A DNA stretch of 64,000 nucleotides from Glycera tridactyla (taxonomy: Eukaryota): contig OZ286462.1 of the NCBI GenBank assembly GCA_965644265.1, positions 25,544,001-25,608,000 of the forward strand, in the 5' to 3' direction. This document shows, one piece after another, positions 57,741 through 64,000 of the stretch (the stretch's first letter is position 1; each line of letters begins with the position of its first letter). The position numbers and the translations under genes are program-made. The notes beneath the pieces were generated by a model. That model searched no databases, was not told the DNA's origin, and saw only the letters and a program-made list of their open reading frames with translations.

Positions 57741-60189
57741 CTATATCCTAAATCCCGGTATCACGTTACCAAACTGCGATAAACTGTAATTCCATTTGTG
57801 AAGTCCACGTTTTATGCAACCGAAGGCAGTCTCTATAGACAGACACGACTGTACACTATTATTCCATTAGCAAAAGTCCATGTGATATACATTTGACTTA
57901 AAGATTAACTGAGTGATTGATTGACTGAAGTATTTGTTCGTTTATTTTTTCAATTATTCATTTATTTTTTTTATTCTTTCCCCCTTCCTTCACTCTTTTC
58001 TTCCCTCCTTACTTGTTTGATTGATGCATCCATTTATCATATTTGCATTTATTTCCCGATTAGTTTGGAAGAACGGACACAATAGCAATACACGATGGCG
58101 ACTCTGTGAGCTGTATAAGAAAGTCTAGCCAACAGGTACATCTCTCGGCTCTATTATTGCCACACTAATGATTAGTCACTAATGATTAGTCACTAAGGAA
58201 TGAGAAATTACCATGCAAAAGATGCAGTCACCGGGCGATAGTGGTGCAATCAGCTGCAGTGCATGCCATCAATGGCGGTTACCATTCTGTGCACGTGTTG
58301 ATTGTAACCAGGAGATCATGCTGTGAACATGCGTGTTTGTATACCACTGTTAATGCATGTAGCACTAACGTGACATGCATGCCATTTCAAGTCATATACG
58401 ATACATTAAACGTGCATATAATTGCGTAAATCATATCCAGAAAACGGAGAGTTCCATGTCTCACTACGGACTAATATAGAAAGACATATGCGACCATACT
58501 ATAGTTATAGTGAGGGTTATATTAACAATGATGCTCTGAAGCGCAGCTCATTCCTTGTGAATGTCCTCATGTGAACATCGTGAACATTAAGATGCAACGA
58601 AAATATTGTTATATGTAGCAGTCTGAGAAATGAAACTTGTACAACTGAGATGGGAGGGATCCGAGGGACAGGATGAGATGAAGGAGAAACATCAAGATTA
58701 AGTGGTCACTCCTACTCTTGAAACTCTATCCCTGTGGTCTTCTCTTTCAATGAAATTGTTTCATTTAGATGGAGTCAATGTCAATGTGTGAAGTGATATC
58801 ATGCAATTTCCACCTTCATGACTTTCTTGATGGTCAAGGTTTTTCGCTGGGGACAGAGAGAACCCCACAGCAAGTCAAGTTGGTGTGTATATTTCTGTCA
58901 TATTGATATAGTTATTCACCCACTGGCTACCCAAGCTTATCCTCCTTGAAATATCGCCCTCATGTACAGTTTGTCACGATCATTCTACATCATGCTCAGC
59001 AATTTTCGGGATGTATATAGTTCATGCACAGCGGACTTTTTGGAAAGTGAGGACAGTTATGTCGCAGCGCCTATACACTGGATTGGAGACCAAAACCATG
59101 CCTTCAATCAAGGCCCTCTCTAGCGAAACGCGGAATCACTATATCGGGCGGACATATGATGAAATTTGATCGCAAGACCAGAACAGTTCGTCATATACAC
59201 GTGATAGAATTTGTGCTTGTTAGTGGAGATCCGCATCTCATATAGTTTTTTGTATGCCCTGCCCAGGGAATGTTGGCTATAAAATGTCTCGCACAGCCTG
59301 CGGTCTGTCTATAATGATCGTATATGGCGAGAAATATGACTCTCATACATCCTGCCGCAGATGGCAACACTATGTCGCTGAAGAGATAGCGGCTGTGTCG
59401 CCACAGGACTCTCTAGTACGCGTGCGCCTGGCAGCTCTTGAATTCTCCCATCAGTACGTCTTCATTCCACCATTCAACACTAATCTTCTCCCGATCGACT
59501 TAATTTCTTTATCACAAGTAGGTCAGACATGGATGCTAGTTAAGTCGGACATAATGCACACCTTATTCACCATCCAGAACAGCTAACGTTGTTAAAAAAT
59601 CATGTCTTGCAAAGCAATTGACAGGGAGAAGTAAGTATGACTGAGGACTTAAATGTTCCAAAGGCTTCAAAAGTTTCATTTTTCTAACTGAATGTATCCC
59701 CTGACACATCTGCCCCTCCCAAACAGAGATTGACAGCACAAGTATATCAATATCACAAAACCTTGAATCACATCTGCTCAGGTCAAATACATGTATAGAC
59801 AAAATCATTCTATTTCTGGTATGATGATATATAGTTGGTGGATAGCGGATCACTTACATACAGTCACGAGGTTGTCGTAACTGGCACACACGGTATACGC
59901 GGTGACATACGACGTACATCCTCTGGCGAAACTCTCACAAATAGTACATTATACATTTCAATCTTCATTCTGTTCATCATATTCCTGACTTAGCAGACTG
60001 CAGCGGTTGTTCATGGCATGTTGAGAGAAAGGAAACGAGGAGCTTGTGTACTTCTTGTATCGGTCATATTTCTCAAAAATGGCCAGCCACCACCACAATC
60101 TCCGCGCCCTGAGTGGAACCTGCTGAGCAGCAATGAGATGAGCACGACCAATCACATGAAGCAAGGGTCATAATCTTACTCCCCAGCTG

Positions 60190-60250
60190 TCAATCAATCA
60201 ATCAATCAATCAATCGATGCATCCATCAATCGATCAATTGATCAATCGTT
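60190..60250. repeat. (ATCA)n microsatellite
   Basis: Directly visible. Confidence 0.85.
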
Positions 60251-63099
60251 TCTCTCAATACAAAAAATACATTGCCACTATGATGACTGGTTCTTTCAAC
60301 ATGATTGCTCTCTAGAAGTCAAAATGATCACGTTGAATTTTCGAATCGACGAAATTCAGCGATATTTCCGGCGATCAATACCTCTGGCTTATTCCTGTGA
60401 GATCCGATACAATATGTCAGATGTGCTTCGTTAGGCCTGCATCCATGCACATCAGCAAGCTAACGAATGTACCTCTACATGGCTGTGACAACAAGGCTAA
60501 TCTGTATCCAGACACGGTTGCCTCTAGAAATCGATTAACAAAACAGACGCTTATATAAGCAGCCATTAGGCGGCTCTCATTTCTTGTGTGTTAATGGCAC
60601 CAATTCTGATTACAATGCTAATATATTGCACTCTTTGAATTTCTTCCATGTAATAGCAGCGATTCTACATGAGCAATTTTGCCGCAGGTAGAGAGGAGTG
60701 AAATCATCGTGAGCAGACTGAGGCATTCTCGTTTTTAGGGTCCTAAAAGTAGATGATTGCTAATGAGGGGATAATTGGTATGGAGGGCTGAGGGCTTTTA
60801 TAAAATGGTTTTCATAACTTTTTGAACTATCGGTGATAAAAGCAGGGTATTTGAAGTTGCTCATACCTCCAAGCTTTGGATCCTCCGACTCTTCTGACTA
60901 TATTGTACATGGCATGCAGAACCTCGTTTATATTGCTGTAGGGTGAAGCGGCTGGGCCTTAGTGCACAACATTTCCACCTGGCAACATCTTTCACTCCCC
61001 ACCATTATGTCTAGAGGGATTTTGAATGTGGTACTTGCAAGAAAAAAATCACCCAGCTTACAAAAGCCGGGAACATATCGCGCACATAATCTTATGAATT
61101 GATGCCTATTATTCAGACCAAGCAAGCAACCCCGTTGATTATCATTTGAGGAGAAGAATCTAGGGTTCAGGGCGATGTGATATCATGAAATGATCCTGGA
61201 GACTTTTGATCAATTCGTCTCCATCCAGAGATTCATGTCAGGTGAGTTGCTCGTAGGTTGACTTTGTGTGCTATGGTATCGCATTAGTCACTACTGGAAC
61301 AACTCCCATCTGAAATAAATAATGGAGAATTTTTACCCTAGCTGATATACGATCCGACTGCAATCGGCGCCTGCGCGGAGATGAATAATTAAATCCGCAG
61401 TGGCGATTGATGTATAGAATGCGACCTCTACCGGCCTTCCGGAAAATCACCTACTGGTCAACTGGTACCCTATCATAAACAGAAACTATAGCTTCACAAC
61501 GTATGTGTTTGGGAGCCTGTCGAATTGCGCCTCTAGCGACAGAAATGTGAACCATGGTACTGACGTCATGAATCTCGTTGACAGAAGATTGACGAGAGAA
61601 GACCAGAAGGCCAGGTGCGGAACTCACTAGGTGCCTGGGGTTTGTACATATATCACATGTTAAATGGTAACGTAGCATTTCTCCTGAATGTGTGTCATCC
61701 TGACGTTCTTCCAACTGTACCGGTTATCCGCCATTGTTTTATCGGAAAGATAATCGAACCCGTATACCGTGGTGTGTGGAGTGGTAACGTGGGGGGGGGG
61801 GGGGGGCTGAGATACGGTGATTTTGATCTATGTTTGTAGAGCCTGGAAGGAAAAAAGGTGGGAACAAAAGAAGCAGACAGACAAATAGCCAGATAGAAAG
61901 CCAGACAGAAAGCTAGACACAGCGACAGACACATCCATACACAGACAGGGAATGTGGATGCGTGCATATATCTGTGTTCATCCTTGGATTTCATTTGCGA
62001 GAAAGAAAAAATCGCCGAACAATTTGTAAGCTCATAAAAACATACGACTACATCCAGATCTGAGAGCATGATTCGAACAGACCAGTGTTACGCACTTTTG
62101 AACATATTATGGCTATTCAAATATATTCTGAATTATTCAAGAAGGATCTCAGAGTCTCAGATTTATCAACACTATTAGAATTCCTTGAGCATCATCCCAG
62201 ACGTGAAAATGGCCGAAGATAGAGTGGTTGTACAAGTAGTAATCGTAGAACTTTGTACACTCACTGGTAGAAGATGAATCGAAGGAGCAAGCGAAGGTCA
62301 AAAACTCAGCGCCTCATAGTACTCCCTTGCATACTCATATGAACGGACGACTGCGCTAAGAAGCTGGAAATGTGGAGAAAAAAAGACTTGATTGAAGCAC
62401 CTAACCCATCGTATCTGGCAAGTGGGATATAGACAGTATCAGACGAGTAACGGGAGATATTCGACTTCCATTCTTTTGATCCTTGAGACGTCCAGCCAAG
62501 GAGAGAAAAAGACAAAAGCGATAGATAATATGTATGAGGNNNNNNNNNNNNNNNNNNNNNNNNNNNNNNNNNNNNNNNNNNNNNNNNNNNNNNNNNNNNN
62601 NNNNNNNNNNNNNNNNNNNNNNNNNNNNNNNNNNNNNNNNNNNNNNNNNNNNNNNNNNNNNNNNNNNNNNNNNNNNNNNNNNNNNNNNNNNNNNNNNNNN
62701 NNNNNNNNNNNNNNNNNNNNNNAAGTTGCAGGTACGTCAATTTGCCCCGTAAAGCAGGAAGTAAGGAAGTAAGATGATATCATATGATCATGATAAATAG
62801 CGCAAACTTGGATATGCACCAACACAAATTCCGGGTGGTCAATAAATGTGGAGAATTTTTCAGTACGGCAATCTACGTCAATGCACCACATTGCTTCTCA
62901 GATCTGGTGCATTCCTGAGTGTTATTAGCATTCACACAGTATGTGAGCCAACCATTTCATGGATGAAAAATTCGAGGGATGCAAATGAGATTCTGTGGAA
63001 GAAATACCACCCTGACGTAACTGTCTCGTCGCTTTGCTCTGGTCCATCCCGAGGGGATTCCTCCCTTTCTTTCTGACTACTTGAGTCATTCTCAAAGCC

Positions 63100-63700
63100 A
63101 CAATGCCTAGTGGAACTATCCATAACGTACACATATCTCTACCTGCTTATTCAAACAATTCCTCTCATTGGATAACACAAAAATATGCAAATTACACGCC
63201 ATATTGATGTACATCAGATTTCTGGTTAATGGCCAAATCCATACTGCACAGAGCGACCCTTTATGAGTGTGCTCCCAACGGCAGCTGGGAAGCCTTACAT
63301 TGTGGCTGTATATTTCTGCAGGCGTTTAGAAAAGACATCGAGCTTGATTTTGTCCCTCCTATATCATGACAGCATATAGTCTGGCTTCTCTCAGTGTGCA
63401 GCCTTCCGTTTTCGACCAAGAGATTGAAAGTAAGATTTACTTAAGCTTCTTTCTGGCATCGGATAATACCGATATTATACCATGTAATGTTGGTATCTAT
63501 CTCGGGTATTTTGAACTACTGGGCCCTGTCATCTGGAAAATGTAGCTGAGACGATTGTGATGCACACAGCTTCATATCTGATTGCTTCCGGTGCCTATAA
63601 TCACCATGGATTTATCAAACGAAATATAAACGTTCAAAATCTCTTAGGACAAGGTTATGATTGAGAGACAAGCATTTGTGATACTTGGATTTAAGCCAGG
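63100..63700 (-). pseudogene. Possible decayed LINE RT fragment
   Basis: Minus-strand KLCASQ..IFQ and GFPAAVGSTL loosely echo LKxCA..IFQ and GFRxGRSCxTQL. Confidence 0.25.
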
Positions 63701-64000
63701 TGAGAGACTTTGGAGTGATTCATTCGATAGAAAGTAGGTAAACTGGGAGAATGAGATACTAGAAGGTCAGCAAGTGATGATCCAGTTGATTGGTCACCCA
63801 GCGGGTCAGTGGAAGACGAGCATGACCAACGTCGCATTCTCCCTCTATTTGAAGACACTTTCAACATCCAGTAATTGTAGGAGTGAATTCACATGGTTCT
63901 TGATGATGGTAGGTATCCATGCACTGGCACATAATCCAATGCGAGCAGAGGGTAATTGTTCCTAGGTGACGTGAATGCTGCGCTTGTTATACATCCTTGT

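Noticed and set aside
10050-62891. ORFs spanning N runs
   Set aside because: They are open only because gap codons translate as X.

Overview
This is eukaryotic (metazoan, probably invertebrate; inferred) scaffold sequence. It is rich in microsatellites and decayed LINE fragments and has seven short N gaps. No host gene could be identified. Two structured mobile elements dominate. (1) An apparently intact non-LTR retrotransposon of about 10.5 kb in the CR1/L2 group (~41519-52023, +) has an unusual three-ORF layout: an RRM/Tnp22-like ORF1, a separate SGNH-esterase ORF, and an intact APE-RT ORF2. Its 2-kb non-coding gap before the RT holds an array of eight ~47-nt hairpins with clear covariation, separated by more divergent ~45-55-nt spacers (about 120 nt before the last unit), several of which also fold. 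A strong branch point and splice acceptor sits 20 nt before the ORF2 ATG. This RT-linked structured array is the best candidate for an undescribed system. (2) A Crypton-type (DUF3504/tyrosine recombinase) gene with three in-frame stops (53898-55688, +) is followed by (TG)23, a 210-bp tandem array and a 151-bp palindrome. A dispersed, 5'-truncated SINE/LINE-tail family with a conserved 3' stem-loop occurs at least nine times. All alignments and folds were done by eye and no database searches were run.
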